A stretch of 64,000 nt of DNA from Squalus acanthias (Eukaryota). Position numbers and translations under genes: made by a program. Shown piece after piece: positions 21,681-36,121 of the stretch; position 1 is the first letter of the stretch, and each line of letters starts with the position of its first letter. The stretch lies in NCBI GenBank assembly GCA_030390025.1, contig JASTWF010000359.1, positions 186,001 through 250,000 on the forward strand. Direction: 5' to 3'. Below the pieces are notes generated by a model. It was not told the origin of the DNA. It was given only the letters and a program-made list of their open reading frames with translations, and did not search any database.

Positions 21681-24600
21681 TAACTCCAGGACTGTTACTG
21701 TACCTTGTGATGTAACTCCAGGACTGTTACTGTACCGTGTGATATAACTCCGGGACTGTTACTGTACCGTGTGATATAACTCCAGGACTGTTACTGTACC
21801 GTGTGATATAACTCCAGGACTGTTACTGTACCGTGTGATATAACTCCAGGACTGTTACTGTACCGTGTGATATAACTCCAGGACCGTTACTGTACCATGT
21901 GATATAACTCCAGGACTGTTACTGTACCGTGTGATATAACTCCAGGACCGTTACTGTACCGTGTAATATAACTCCAGGACAGTTACTGTACCATGTGATA
22001 TAACTCCAGGACTGTTACTGTAACGTGTGATATAACTCCAGGACCGTTACTGTACCGTGTGATATAAGTCCAGGTCAGTTACTGTAAAATGTGATATAAC
22101 TCCAGGACTGTTAAAGTACCGTGTGATATAACTCCAGGACTGTTACTGTACCGTGTGATATAACTCCAGGACTGTTACTGTACTGTGTGATATAACTCCA
22201 GGACTGTTACTGTACCGTGTGATATAACTACAGGACTGTTACTGTACCGTGTCATATAACTCCGGGACTGTTACTGTACCGTGTGATATAACTCCAGGAC
22301 TATTACTGTACCGTGTGATATAACTCCAGGACCGTTACTGTACCGTGTGATATAACTCCAGGACTGTTACTGTACCGTGTGATATAACTCCAGGACCGTT
22401 ACTGTACCGTGTGATATAACTCCAGGACTGTTACTGTACCGTGTGATATAACTCCAGGACCGTTACTGTACCGTGTGATATAACTCCAGGACCGTTACTG
22501 TACCATGTGATATAACTCCAGGACTGTTACTGTACCGTGTGATATAACTCCAGGACTGTTACTGTACCATGTGATATAACTCCAGGACCGTTACTGTACC
22601 TTGTGATATAACTCCAGGACTGTTACTGTACCATGTGATATAACTCCAGGACCGTTACTGTACCGTGTGATATAACTCCAGGACCGTTACTGTACCGTGT
22701 GATATAACTGCAGGACAGTTACTGTACCTTGTGATATAACTCCAGGACTGTTACTGTACCATGTGATATAACTCCGGGACTGTTACTGGACCGTGTGATA
22801 TTACTCCAGGACTATTACTGTACCGTGTGATAAAACTCCAGGACTATTACTGTACCGTGTGATATAACTCCGATACTGTTACTGTACCGTGTGATATAAC
22901 TCCGGGACTGTTACTGCACCATGTGATATAACTCCGGTACTGTTACTGTACCGTGTGATATAACTCCAGGACTGTTACTGTACCATGTGATATAACTCCA
23001 GGACTGTTACTGTACCATGTGATATAACTCCAGGACTATTACTGTACCGTGTGATACAACTCCAGGACTGTTAGTGTATCGTGTGATATAACTCCAGGAC
23101 TGTTACTGTACCGTGTGATATAACTCCGGGACTGTTACTGTACCGTGTGACATAACTCTGGGACTGTTACTGTACCGTGTGATATAACTCCGGTACTGTT
23201 ACTGTACCGTGTGATATAACTCCGGGACTGTTACTGTACCTTGTGATATAACTCCAGGACTGTTACTGTACCATGTGATATAACTCCAGGACCGTTACTG
23301 GACCGTGTGATATAACTCCAGGACTGTTACTGTACCGTGTGATATAACTCCAGGACCGTTACTGTACCGTGTGATATAACTCCAGGACTGTTACTGTAAC
23401 ATGTGATATAACTCTGGGACCGTTACTGTACCGTGTGATATAACTCCAGGACCGTTACTGTACCATGTGATATAACTCCAGGACTGTTACTGTGCCATGT
23501 GATATAACTCTTGGACCGTTACTGTACCTTGTGATATAACTCCAGGACCGTTACTGTAACTTGTGATATAACTCCAGGACTGTTACTGTACCGTGTGATA
23601 TAACTCCAGGACCGTTACTGTACCGTGTGATATAACTCCAGGACTGTTACTGTACCGTGTGATATAACTCCAGGACTGTTACTGTACCTTGTGATATAAC
23701 TCCAGGACTGTTACTGTACCGTGTGATATAACTCCAGGACTGTTACTGTACCGTGTGATATAACTCTGGACTGTTACTGTACCTTGTGATATAACTACAG
23801 GACCGTTACTGTACCGTGTGATACAACTCCAGGACCGTTACTGTACCATGTGATATAACTCCAGGACTGTTACTGTACATTGTGATATAACTCCAGGACC
23901 GTTACTGTACCTTGTGTTATAACTCCAGGACTGTTACTGTACCATGTGATATAACTCCGGGGCTGTTACTGTACCGTGTGATATAACTCCAGGACTGTTA
24001 CTGTACCGTGTGATATAACTCCAGGACCGTTACTGTACCGTGTGATATAACTCCAGGAATGTTACTGTACCGTGTGATATAAATCCAGGACTGTTACTGT
24101 ACCGTGTGATATAACTCCAGGACTGTTACTGTACCTTGTGATGTAACTCCAGGACTGTTACTGTACCGTGTGATATAACTCCGGGACTGTTACTGTACTG
24201 TGTGAGATAACTCCAGGACTGTTACTGTACCATGTGATATAACTCCAGGACTGTTACTGTACCGTGTGATATAACTCAGGACTGTTACTGTACCGTGTGA
24301 TATAACTCCAGGACTGTTACTGTACCGTGTGATATAACTCCAGGACTGTTACTATACCGTGTGATATAACTCCAGGACCGTTACTGTACCGTGTGATATA
24401 ACTCCAGGACTGTTACTGTACCGTGTGATATAACTCCAGGACTGTTACTGTAACGTGTGATATAACTCCAGGACTGTTAAAGTACCGTGTCATATAACTC
24501 CAGGACTGTTACTGTACCGTGTGATATAACTCCAGGACTGTTACTGTACTGTGTGATATAACTCCAGGACTGTTACTGTACCGTGTGATATAACTACAGG

Positions 24601-27600
24601 ACTGTTACTGTACCGTGTGATATAACTCCGGGACTGTTACTGTACCGTGTGATATAACTCCAGGACTATTACTGTACCGTGTGATATAACTCCAGGACCG
24701 TTACTGTACCATGTGATATAACTACAGGACTGTTACTGTACCGTGTGATATAACTCCGGGACTGTTACTGTACCGTGTGATATAACTCCAGGACTGTTAC
24801 TGTACCGTGTGATATAACTCCAGGACCGTTACTGTACCGTGTGATATAACTCCAGGAATGTTACTGTACCGTGTGATATAAATCCAGGACTGTTACTGTA
24901 CCGTGTGATATAACTCCAGGACTGTTACTGTACCTTGTGATGTAACTCCAGGACTGTTACTGTACCGTGTGATATAACTCCGGGACTGTTACTGTACCGT
25001 GTGATATAACTCCAGGACTGTTACTGTACCGTGTGATATAACTCCAGGACTGTTACTGTACCGTGTGATATAACTCCAGGACTGTTACTGTACCGTGTGA
25101 TATAACTCCAGGACTGTTACTGTACCATGTGATATAACTCCAGGACTGTTACTGTACCGTGTGATATAACTCCAGGACCGTTACTGTACCGTGTAATATA
25201 ACTCCAGGACTGTTACTGTACCATGTGATATAACTCCAGGACTGTTACTGTAACGTGTGATATAACTCCAGGACCGTTACTGTACCGTGTGATATAAGTC
25301 CAGGTCAGTTACTGTAACATGTGATATAACTCCAGGACTGTTAAAGTACCGTGTGATATAACTCCAGGACTGTTACTGTACCGTGTGATATAACTCCAGG
25401 ACTGTTACTGTACTGTGTGATATAACTCCAGGACTGTTACTGTACCGTGTGATATAACTACAGGACTGTTACTGTACCGTGTCATATAACTCCGGGACTG
25501 TTACTGTACCGTGTGATATAACTCCAGGACTATTACTGTACCGTGTGATATAACTCCAGGACCGTTACTGTACCGTGTGATATAACTCCAGGACTGTTAC
25601 TGTACCGTGTGATATAACTCCAGGACCGTTACTGTACCGTGTGATATAACTCCAGGACTGTTACTGTACCGTGTGATATAACTCCAGGACCGTTACTGTA
25701 CCGTGTGATATAACTCCAGGACCGTTACTGTACCATGTGATATAACTCCAGGACTGTTACTGTACTGTGTGATATAACTCCAGGACTGTTACTGTACCAT
25801 GTGATATAACTCCAGGACCGTTACTGTACCTTGTGATATAACTCCAGGACTGTTACTGTACCGTGTGATATAACTCCAGGACCGTTACTGTACCGTGTGA
25901 TATAACTCCAGGACCGTTACTGTACCGTGTGATATAACTGCAGGACAGTTACTGTACCTTGTGATATAACTCCAGGACTGTTACTGTACCATGTGATATA
26001 ACTCCGGGACTGTTACTGGACCGTGTGATATTACTCCAGGACTATTACTGTACCGTGTGATAAAACTCCAGGACTATTACTGTACCGTGTGATATAACTC
26101 CGATACTGTTACTGTACCGTGTGATATAACTCCGGGACTGTTACTGCACCATGTGATATAACTCCAGGACTGTTACTGTACCATGTGATATAACTCCGGT
26201 ACTGTTACTGTACCATGTGATATAACTCCGGGACTGTTACTGGACCGTGTGATATAACTCCGGGACTGTTACTGGACCGTGTGATATTACTCCAGGACTA
26301 TTACTGTACCGTGTGATAAAACTCCAGGACTATTACTGTACCGTGTGATATAACTCCGATACTGTTACTGTACCGTGTGATATAACTCCAGGACTGTTAC
26401 TGTACCATGTGATATAACTCCAGGACTGTTACTGTACCATGTGATATAACTCCAGGACTATTACTGTACCGTGTGATACAACTCCAGGACTGTTAGTGTA
26501 TCGTGTGATATAACTCCAGGACTGTTACTGTACCGTGTGATATAACTCCGGGACTGTTACTGTACCGTGTGACATAACTCTGGGACTGTTACTGTACCGT
26601 GTGATATAACTCCGGTACTGTTACTGTACCGTGTGATATAACTCCGGGACTGTTACTGTACCTTGTGATATAACTCCCGGACTGTTACTGTACCATGTGA
26701 TATAACTCCAGGACCGTTACTGGACCGTGTGATATAACTCCAGGACTGTTACTGTACCGTGTGATATAACTCCAGGACCGTTACTGTACCGTGTGATATA
26801 ACTCCAGGACTGTTACTGTAACATGTGATATAACTCTGGGACCGTTACTGTACCGTGTGATATAACTCCAGGACCGTTACTGTACCATGTGATATAACTC
26901 CAGGACTGTTACTGTGCCATGTGATATAACTCTTGGACCGTTACTGTACCTTGTGATATAACTCCAGGACCGTTACTGTAACTTGTGATATAACTCCAGG
27001 ACTGTTACTGTACCGTGTGATATAACACCAGGACCGTTACTGTACCGTGTGATATAACTCCAGGACTGTTACTGTACCGTGTGATATAACTCCAGGACTG
27101 TTACTGTACCTTGTGATATAACTCCAGGACTGTTACTGTACCGTGTGATATAACTCCAGGACTGTTACTGTACCGTGTGATATAACTCTTGGACCGTTAC
27201 TGTACCTTGTGATATAACTACAGGACCGTTACTGTACCGTGTGATATAACTCCAGGACCGTTACTGTACCTTGTGTTATAACTCCAGGACTGTTACTGTA
27301 CCATGTGATATAACTCCGGGGCTGTTACTGTACCTTGTGATATAACTCCAGGACTGTTACTGTACCATGTGATATAACTCCAGGACCGTTACTGCACCGT
27401 GTGATATAACTCCAGGACTGTTACTGTACCGTGTGATATAACTCCAGGACCGTTACTGTACCTTGTGATACAACTCCAGCACTGTTACTGTACCGTGTGA
27501 TATAACTCCGGGACTGTTACTGAACCGTGTGATATAACTCCGGTACTGTTACTGTACCGTGTGATATAACTCCGGGGCTGTTACTGTACCTTGTGATATA

Positions 27601-30600
27601 ACTCCAGGACTGTTACTGTACCATGTGATATAACTCCAGGACCGTTACTGGACCGTGTGATATAACTCCAGGACTGTTACTGTACCGTGTGATATAACTC
27701 CAGGACTGTTACTGTACCGTGTGATATAACTCCAGGACTGTTACTGTACCATGTGATATAACTCTGGGACCGTTACTGTACCGTGTGATATAACTCCAGG
27801 ACCGTTACTGTAACTTGTGATATAACTCCAGGACTATTACTGTACCGTGTGATATAACTCCAGGACTGTTACTGTACCGTGTGATATAACTCCAGAACTG
27901 TTACTGTACCGTGTGATATAACTACAGGACCGTTACTGTACCGTGTGATACAACTCCAGGACCGTTACTGTACCATGTGATATAACTCCAGGACTGTTAC
28001 TGTACATTGTGATATAACTCCAGGACCGTTACTGTACCTTGTGTTATAACTCCAGGACTGTTACTGTACCATGTGATATAACTCCGGCGCTGTTACTGTA
28101 CCTTGTGATATAACTCCAGGACTGTTACTGTACCATGTGATATAACTCCAGGACCGTTACTGCACCGTGTGATATAACTCCAGGACCGTTACTGTACCTT
28201 GTGATATAACTCCAGGACTGTTACTGTACCGTGTGATATAACTCCGGGACTGTTACTGTACCGTGTGATATAACTCCGGGACTGTTACTGTACCGTGTGA
28301 TATAACTCCGGGGCTGTTACTGTACCTTGTGATATAACTCCAGGACTGTTACTGTACCATGTGATATAACTCCAGGACCGTTACTGGACCGTGTGATATA
28401 ACTCCAGGACTGTTACTGTACCGTGTGATATAACTCCAGGACCGTTACTGTACCGTGTGATATAACTCCAGGACTGTTACTGTACCATGTGATATAACTC
28501 CAGGACCGTTACTGGACCGTGTGATATAACTCCAGGACTGTTACTGTACCGTGTGATATAACTCCAGGACCGTTACTGTACCGTGTGATATAACTCCAGG
28601 ACTGTTACTGTAACATGTGATATAACTCTGGGACCGTTGCTGTACCGTGTGATATAACTCCGGGACTGTTACTGTACCATGTGATATAACTCTTGGACCG
28701 TTACTGTACCATGTGATATAACTCCAGGACTGTTACTGTGCCATGTGATATAACTCTTGGACCGTTACTGTACCTTGTGATATAACTCCAGGACCGTTAC
28801 TGTACCTTGTGATATAACTCCAGGACTGTTACTGTACCGTGTGATATAACTCCAGGACCGTTACTGTACCGTGTGATATAACTACAGGACCGTTACTGTA
28901 CCGTGTGATACAACTCCAGGACCGTTACTGTACCATGTGATATAACTCCAGGACTGTTACTGTACATTGTGATATAACTCCAGGACCGTTACTGTACCTT
29001 GTGTTATAACTCCAGGACTGTTACTGTACCATGTGATATAACTCCGGGGCTGTTACTGTACCTTGTGATATAACTCCAGGACTGTTACTGTACCATGTGA
29101 TATAACTCCAGGACCGTTACTGCACCGTGTGATATAACTCCAGGACTGTTACTGTACCGTGTGATATAACTCCAGGACCGTTACTGTACCTTGTGATATA
29201 ACTCCAGCACTGTTACTGTACCGTGTGATATAACTCCGGGACTGTTACTGTACCGTGTGATATAACTCCGGTACTGTTACTGTACCGTGTGATATAACTC
29301 CGGGGCTGTTACTGTACCTTGTGATATAACTCCAGGACTGTTACTGTACCATGTGATATAACTCCAGGACCGTTACTGGACCGTGTGATATAACTCCAGG
29401 ACTGTTACTGTACCGTGTGATATAACTCCAGGACCGTTACTGTACCGTGTGATATAACTCCAGGACTGTTACTGTACCATGTGATATAACTCTGGGACCG
29501 TTACTGTACCGTGTGATATAACTCCAGGACCGTTACTGTAACTTGTGATATAACTCCAGGACTGTTACTGTACCGTGTGATATAACTCCAGGACTGTTAC
29601 TGTACCGTGTGATATAACTCCAGAACTGTTACTGTACCGTGTGATATAACTACAGGACCGTTACTGTACCGTGTGATACAACTCCAGGACCGTTACTGTA
29701 CCATGTGATATAACTCCAGGACTGTTACTGTACATTGTGATATAACTCCAGGACCGTTACTGTACCTTGTGTTATAACTCCAGGACTGTTACTGTACCAT
29801 GTGATATAACTCCGGGGCTGTTACTGTACCTTGTGATATAACTCCAGGACTGTTACTGTACCATGTGATATAACTCCAGGACCGTTACTGCACCGTGTGA
29901 TATAACTCCAGGACTGTTACTGTACCGTGTGATATAACTCCAGGACCGTTACTGTACATTGTGATATAACTCCAGGACTGTTACTGTACCGTGTGATATA
30001 ACTCCGGGACTGTTACTGTACCGTGTGATATAACTCCGGTACTGTTACTGTACCGTGTGATATAACTCCGGGGCTGTTACTGTACCTTGTGATATAACTC
30101 CAGGACTGTTACTGTACCATGTGATATAACTCCAGGACCGTTACTGGACAGTGTGATATAACTCCAGGACTGTTACTGTACCGTGTGATATAACTCCAGG
30201 ACCGTTACTGTACCGTGTGATATAACTCCAGGACTGTTACTGTACCATGTGATATAACTCTGGGACCGTTACTGTACCGTGTGATATAACTCCAGGACCG
30301 TTACTGTACCATGTGATATAACTCCAGGACTGTTACTGTGCCATGTGATATAACTCTTGGACCGTTACTGTACCTTGTGATATAACTCCAGGACCGTTAC
30401 TGTAACTTGTGATATAACTCCAGGACCGTTACTGTACCGTGTGATATAACTCCAGGACTGTTACTGTACCGTGTGATATAACTCCAGGACCGTTACTGTA
30501 CCGTGTGATATAACTCCAGAACTGTTACTGTACCGTGTGATATAACTCCAGGACTGTTACTGTACCATGTGATATAACTACAGGACCGCTACTGTACCGT

Positions 30601-33600
30601 GTGATACAATTCCAGGACCGTTACTGTACCATGTGATATAACTCCAGGACTGTTACTGTACCATGTGATATAACTCCAGGACCGTTACTGTACCATGTGA
30701 TATAACTGCAGGACTTTTACTGTACCGTGTGATATAACTCCAGGACCGTTACTGCACCGTGTGATATAACTCCAGGACTGTTACTGTACCGTATGATATA
30801 ACTCCAGGACCGTTACTGTACCTTGTGATATAACTCCAGGACTGTTACTGTACCGTGTGATATAACTCCAGGACCATTGCTGTACCGTGTGATATAACTC
30901 CAGGACCGTTACTGTACCGTGTGATATCACTCAGGACTGTTACTGTACCGTGTGATGTAACTCCAGGACCGTTACTGTAGCGTGTGATATAACTCAAGGA
31001 CCGTTACTGTACCGTGTGATAAAACTCCGGGACTGTTACTGTACCATGTGATATAACTCCGGGACTGTTACTGTACCTTGTGATATAACTCCAGGACTGT
31101 TACTGTACCGTGTGATATCACTCCAGGACCGTTACTGTACCGTGTGATATAACTCCAGGACCGTTACTGTACCGTGTGATATAACTCCAGGACAGTTACT
31201 GTACCTTGTGATATAACTCCAGGACTGTTACTGTACCATGTGATATAACTCCGGGACTGTTACTGGACCGTGTGAAATAACTCCAGGACTATTACTGTAC
31301 CGTGTGATAAAACTCCAGGACTATTACTGTACCGTGTGATATAACTCCGATACTGTTACTGTACCGTGTGATATAACTCCAGGGCTGTTACTGTACCGTG
31401 TGATATAACTCCAGGACTGTTACTGTAACGTGTGATATAACTCCAGGACCGTTACTGTACCGTGTGATATAAGTCCAGGTCAGTTACTGTAGCATGTGAT
31501 ATAACTCCAGGACTGTTAAAGTACCGTGTCATATAACTCCAGGACTGTTACTGTACCGTGTGATATAACTCCAGGACTGTTACTGTACTGTGTGATATAA
31601 CTCCAGGACTGTTACTGTACCGTGTGATATAACTACAGGACTGTTACTGTACCGTGTGATATAACTCCGGGACTGTTACTGTACCGTGTGATATAACGCC
31701 AGGACTATTACTGTACCGTGTGATATAACTCCAGGACCGTTACTGTACCGTGTGATATAACTCCAGGACTGTTACTGTACCGTGTGATATAACTCCAGGA
31801 CCGTTACTGTACCGTGTGATATAACTCCAGGAATGTTACTGTACCGTGTGATATAAATCCAGGACTGTTACTGTACCGTGTGATATAACTCCAGGACTGT
31901 TACTGTACCTTGTGATGTAACTCCAGGACTGTTACTGTACCGTGTGATATAACTCCGGGACTGTTACTGTACCGTGTGATATAACTCCAGGACTGTTACT
32001 GTACCGTGTGATATAACTCCAGGACTGTTACTGTACCGTGTGATATAACTCCAGGACTGTTACTGTACCGTGTGATATAACTCCAGGACTGTTACTGTAC
32101 CGTGTGATATAACTCCAGGACTGTTACTATACCGTGTGATATAACTCCAGGACCGTTACTGTACCGTGTGATATAACTCCAGGACTGTTACTGTACCGTG
32201 TGATATAACTCCAGGACTGTTACTGTAACGTGTGATATAACTCCAGGACCGTTACTGTACCGTGTGATATAAGTCCAGGTCAGTTACTGTAGCATGTGAT
32301 ATAACTCCAGGACTGTTAAAGTACCGTGTCATATAACTCCAGGACTGTTACTGTACCGTGTGATATAACTCCAGGACTGTTACTGTACTGTGTGATATAA
32401 CTCCAGGACTGTTACTGTACCGTGTGATATAACTACAGGACTGTTACTGTACCGTGTGATATAACTCCGGGACTGTTACTGTACCGTGTGATATAACTCC
32501 AGGACTATTACTGTACCGTGTGATATAACTCCAGGACCGTTACTGCACCGTGTGATATAACTCCAGGACTGTTACTGTACCGTGTGATATAACTCCAGGA
32601 CCGTTACTGTACCTTGTGATATAACTCCAGCACTGTTACTGTACCGTGTGATATAACTCCGGGACTGTTACTGTACCGTGTGATATAACTCCGGTACTGT
32701 TACTGTACCGTGTGATATAACTCCGGGGCTGTTACTGTACCTTGTGATATAACTCCAGGACTGTTACTGTACCATGTGATATAACTCCAGGACCGTTACT
32801 GGACCGTGTGATATAACTCCAGGACTGTTACTGTACCGTGTGATATAACTCCAGGACCGTTACTGTACCGTGTGATATAACTCCAGGACTGTTACTGTAC
32901 CATGTGATATAACTCTGGGACCGTTACTGTACCGTGTGATATAACTCCAGGACCGTTACTGTAACTTGTGATATAACTCCAGGACTGTTACTGTACCGTG
33001 TGATATAACTCCAGGACTGTTACTGTACCGTGTGATATAACTCCAGAACTGTTACTGTACCGTGTGATATAACTACAGGACCGTTACTGTACCGTGTGAT
33101 ACAACTCCAGGACCGTTACTGTACCATGTGATATAACTCCAGGACTGTTACTGTACATTGTGATATAACTCCAGGACCGTTACTGTACCTTGTGTTATAA
33201 CTCCAGGACTGTTACTGTACCATGTGATATAACTCCGGGCTGTTACTGTACCTTGTGATATAACTCCAGGACTGTTACTGTACCATGTGATATAACTCCA
33301 GGACCGTTACTGCACCGTGTGATATAACTCCAGGACTGTTACTGTACCGTGTGATATAACTCCAGGACCGTTACTGTACATTGTGATATAACTCCAGGAC
33401 TGTTACTGTACCGTGTGATATAACTCCGGGACTGTTACTGTACCGTGTGATATAACTCCGGTACTGTTACTGTACCGTGTGATATAACTCCGGGGCTGTT
33501 ACTGTACCTTGTGATATAACTCCAGGACTGTTACTGTACCATGTGATATAACTCCAGGACCGTTACTGGACAGTGTGATATAACTCCAGGACTGTTACTG

Positions 33601-35301
33601 TACCGTGTGATATAACTCCAGGACCGTTACTGTACCGTGTGATATAACTCCAGGACTGTTACTGTACCATGTGATATAACTCTGGGACCGTTACTGTACC
33701 GTGTGATATAACTCCAGGACCGTTACTGTACCATGTGATATAACTCCAGGACTGTTACTGTGCCATGTGATATAACTCTTGGACCGTTACTGTACCTTGT
33801 GATATAACTCCAGGACCGTTACTGTAACTTGTGATATTACTCCAGGACCGTTACTGTACCGTGTGATATAACTCCAGGACTGTTACTGTACCGTGTGATA
33901 TAACTCCAGGACCGTTACTGTACCGTGTGATAAAACTCCAGAACTGTTACTGTACCGTGTGATATAACTCCAGGACTGTTACTGTACCATGTGATATAAC
34001 TACAGGACCGCTACTGTACCGTGTGATACAATTCCAGGACCGTTACTGTACCATGTGATATAACTCCAGGACTGTTACTGTACCATGTGATATAACTCCA
34101 GGACCGTTACTGTACCATGTGATATAACTGCAGGACTTTTACTGTACCGTGTGATATAACTCCAGGACCGTTACTGCACCGTGTGATATAACTCCAGGAC
34201 TGTTACTGTACCGTATGATATAACTCCAGGACCGTTACTGTACCTTGTGATATAACTCCAGGACTGTTACTGTACCGTGTGATATAACTCCAGGACCATT
34301 GCTGTACCGTGTGATATAACTCCAGGACCGTTACTGTACCGTGTGATATCACTCAGGACTGTTACTGTACCGTGTGATGTAACTCCAGGACCGTTACTGT
34401 AGCGTGTGATATAACTCCAGGACCGTTACTGTACCGTGTGATAAAACTCCGGGACTGTTACTGTACCATGTGATATAACTCCGGGACGGTTACTGTACCT
34501 TGTGATATAACTCCAGGACTGTTACTGTACCGTGTGATATCACTCCAGGACCGTTACTGTACCGTGTGATATAACTCCAGGACCGTTACTGTACCGTGTG
34601 ATATAACTCCAGGACAGTTACTGTACCTTGTGATATAACTCCAGGACTGTTACTGTACCATGTGATATAACTCCGGGACTGTTACTGGACCGTGTGAAAT
34701 AACTCCAGGACTATTACTGTACCGTGTGATAAAACTCCAGGACTATTACTGTACCGTGTGATATAACTCCGATACTGTTACTGTACCGTGTGATATAACT
34801 CCAGGGCTGTTACTGTACCGTGTGATATAACTCCAGGACTGTTACTGTAACGTGTGATATAACTCCAGGACCGTTACTGTACCGTGTGATATAAGTCCAG
34901 GTCAGTTACTGTAGCATGTGATATAACTCCAGGACTGTTAAAGTACCGTGTCATATAACTCCAGGACTGTTACTGTACCGTGTGATATAACTCCAGGACT
35001 GTTACTGTACTGTGTGATATAACTCCAGGACTGTTACTGTACCGTGTGATATAACTACAGGACTGTTACTGTACCGTGTGATATAACTCCGGGACTGTTA
35101 CTGTACCGTGTGATATAACTCCAGGACTATTACTGTACCGTGTGATATAACTCCAGGACCGTTACTGTACCGTGTGATATAACTCCAGGACTGTTACTGT
35201 ACCGTGTGATATAACTCCAGGACCGTTACTGTACCGTGTGATATAACTCCAGGAATGTTACTGTAACGTGTGATATAACTCCAGGACCGTTACTGTACCG
35301 T
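21681..35301. repeat. 32-bp satellite array, segment 2, with higher-order duplications
   Basis: Continuous 32-bp period with recurring ordered variant monomers. Confidence 0.99.
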
Positions 35302-36121
35302 TACTGCCCTTGAGCTGCGGATGGACTCACTTTGGAGCATCCACGATTCTGAGAGGGTTGTGAATAGCACATTTAGTGAGTTGGTCACACCGCAGGTTAA
35401 GGCCAGAGTAGATAGTACATGGGTGACCAAAAGGCAGAGCAAGGGCAGGAAGGTAGTGCAGGAATCCCCTGGGGTTGTCTCCCTCAGCAACAGGTTCACC
35501 GCCTTAGGTGCTGTTGTCGGGGGGGATGACTCATCGGGGGAAGGCACCAGCAGCCAGGCTCACGGCACCATGACTGGCTCTGTTGCAAAGAAGGGAGGGA
35601 AAAAGAGTGGCAGGGCTATAGTAATAGGGGATTCGATTGTAAGGGGAATAGATAGGAGTTTCTGTGGTCGCGACCGAGACTCCAGGATGGTAATTTGCCT
35701 CCCTGGTGCAAGGGTCAAGGATGTCTCGGCGCGGGTGCAGAACATTCTGGAGGGGGAGGGGGAACAGCCAGTTGTCGTGATACATGTTGGTACCAACGAC
35801 GTAGCTAAAAAAAGGGAAGAGGTCCTACAAGTAGAATTTAGGGAGTTAGGAGCCAAGCTAAAAAGTAGGACCTCGAAGGTAGTAATCTCTGGATTACTAC
35901 CAGTGCCACGTGCTAGTAAGAGTACAGAGAACAGGATAGTTAGGCTAAATACGTGGCTTGAGCAGTGGTGTAAGAGGGAGGGTTTTAAATTTTTGAGGCA
36001 TTGGGACCAGTTTTGTGGTAGGTGTGACCTATACAAAAGGGACGGTCTACACCTGTGCAAAGATGGAACTGAGGTTCTCGGGGTAAATTTTGATAAAGCA
36101 GTTCGGGAGCATTTAAACTAG
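35300..36121 (+). CDS. CR1 ORF1, N-terminally truncated (zinc finger missing); coiled coil and SGNH esterase-like domain
   Basis: Frame VTALELRMDSL...LSNRF...GDSIVRG...CLPGA...HVGTND...DGLH...EHLN*, homologous to 10208-11164. Confidence 0.88.
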   Translation, partial: VTALELRMDSLWSIHDSERVVNSTFSELVTPQVKARVDSTWVTKRQSKGRKVVQESPGVVSLSNRFTALGAVVGGDDSSGEGTSSQAHGTMTGSVAKKGGKKSGRAIVIGDSIVRGIDRSFCGRDRDSRMVICLPGARVKDVSARVQNILEGEGEQPVVVIHVGTNDVAKKREEVLQVEFRELGAKLKSRTSKVVISGLLPVPRASKSTENRIVRLNTWLEQWCKREGFKFLRHWDQFCGRCDLYKRDGLHLCKDGTEVLGVNFDKAVREHLN

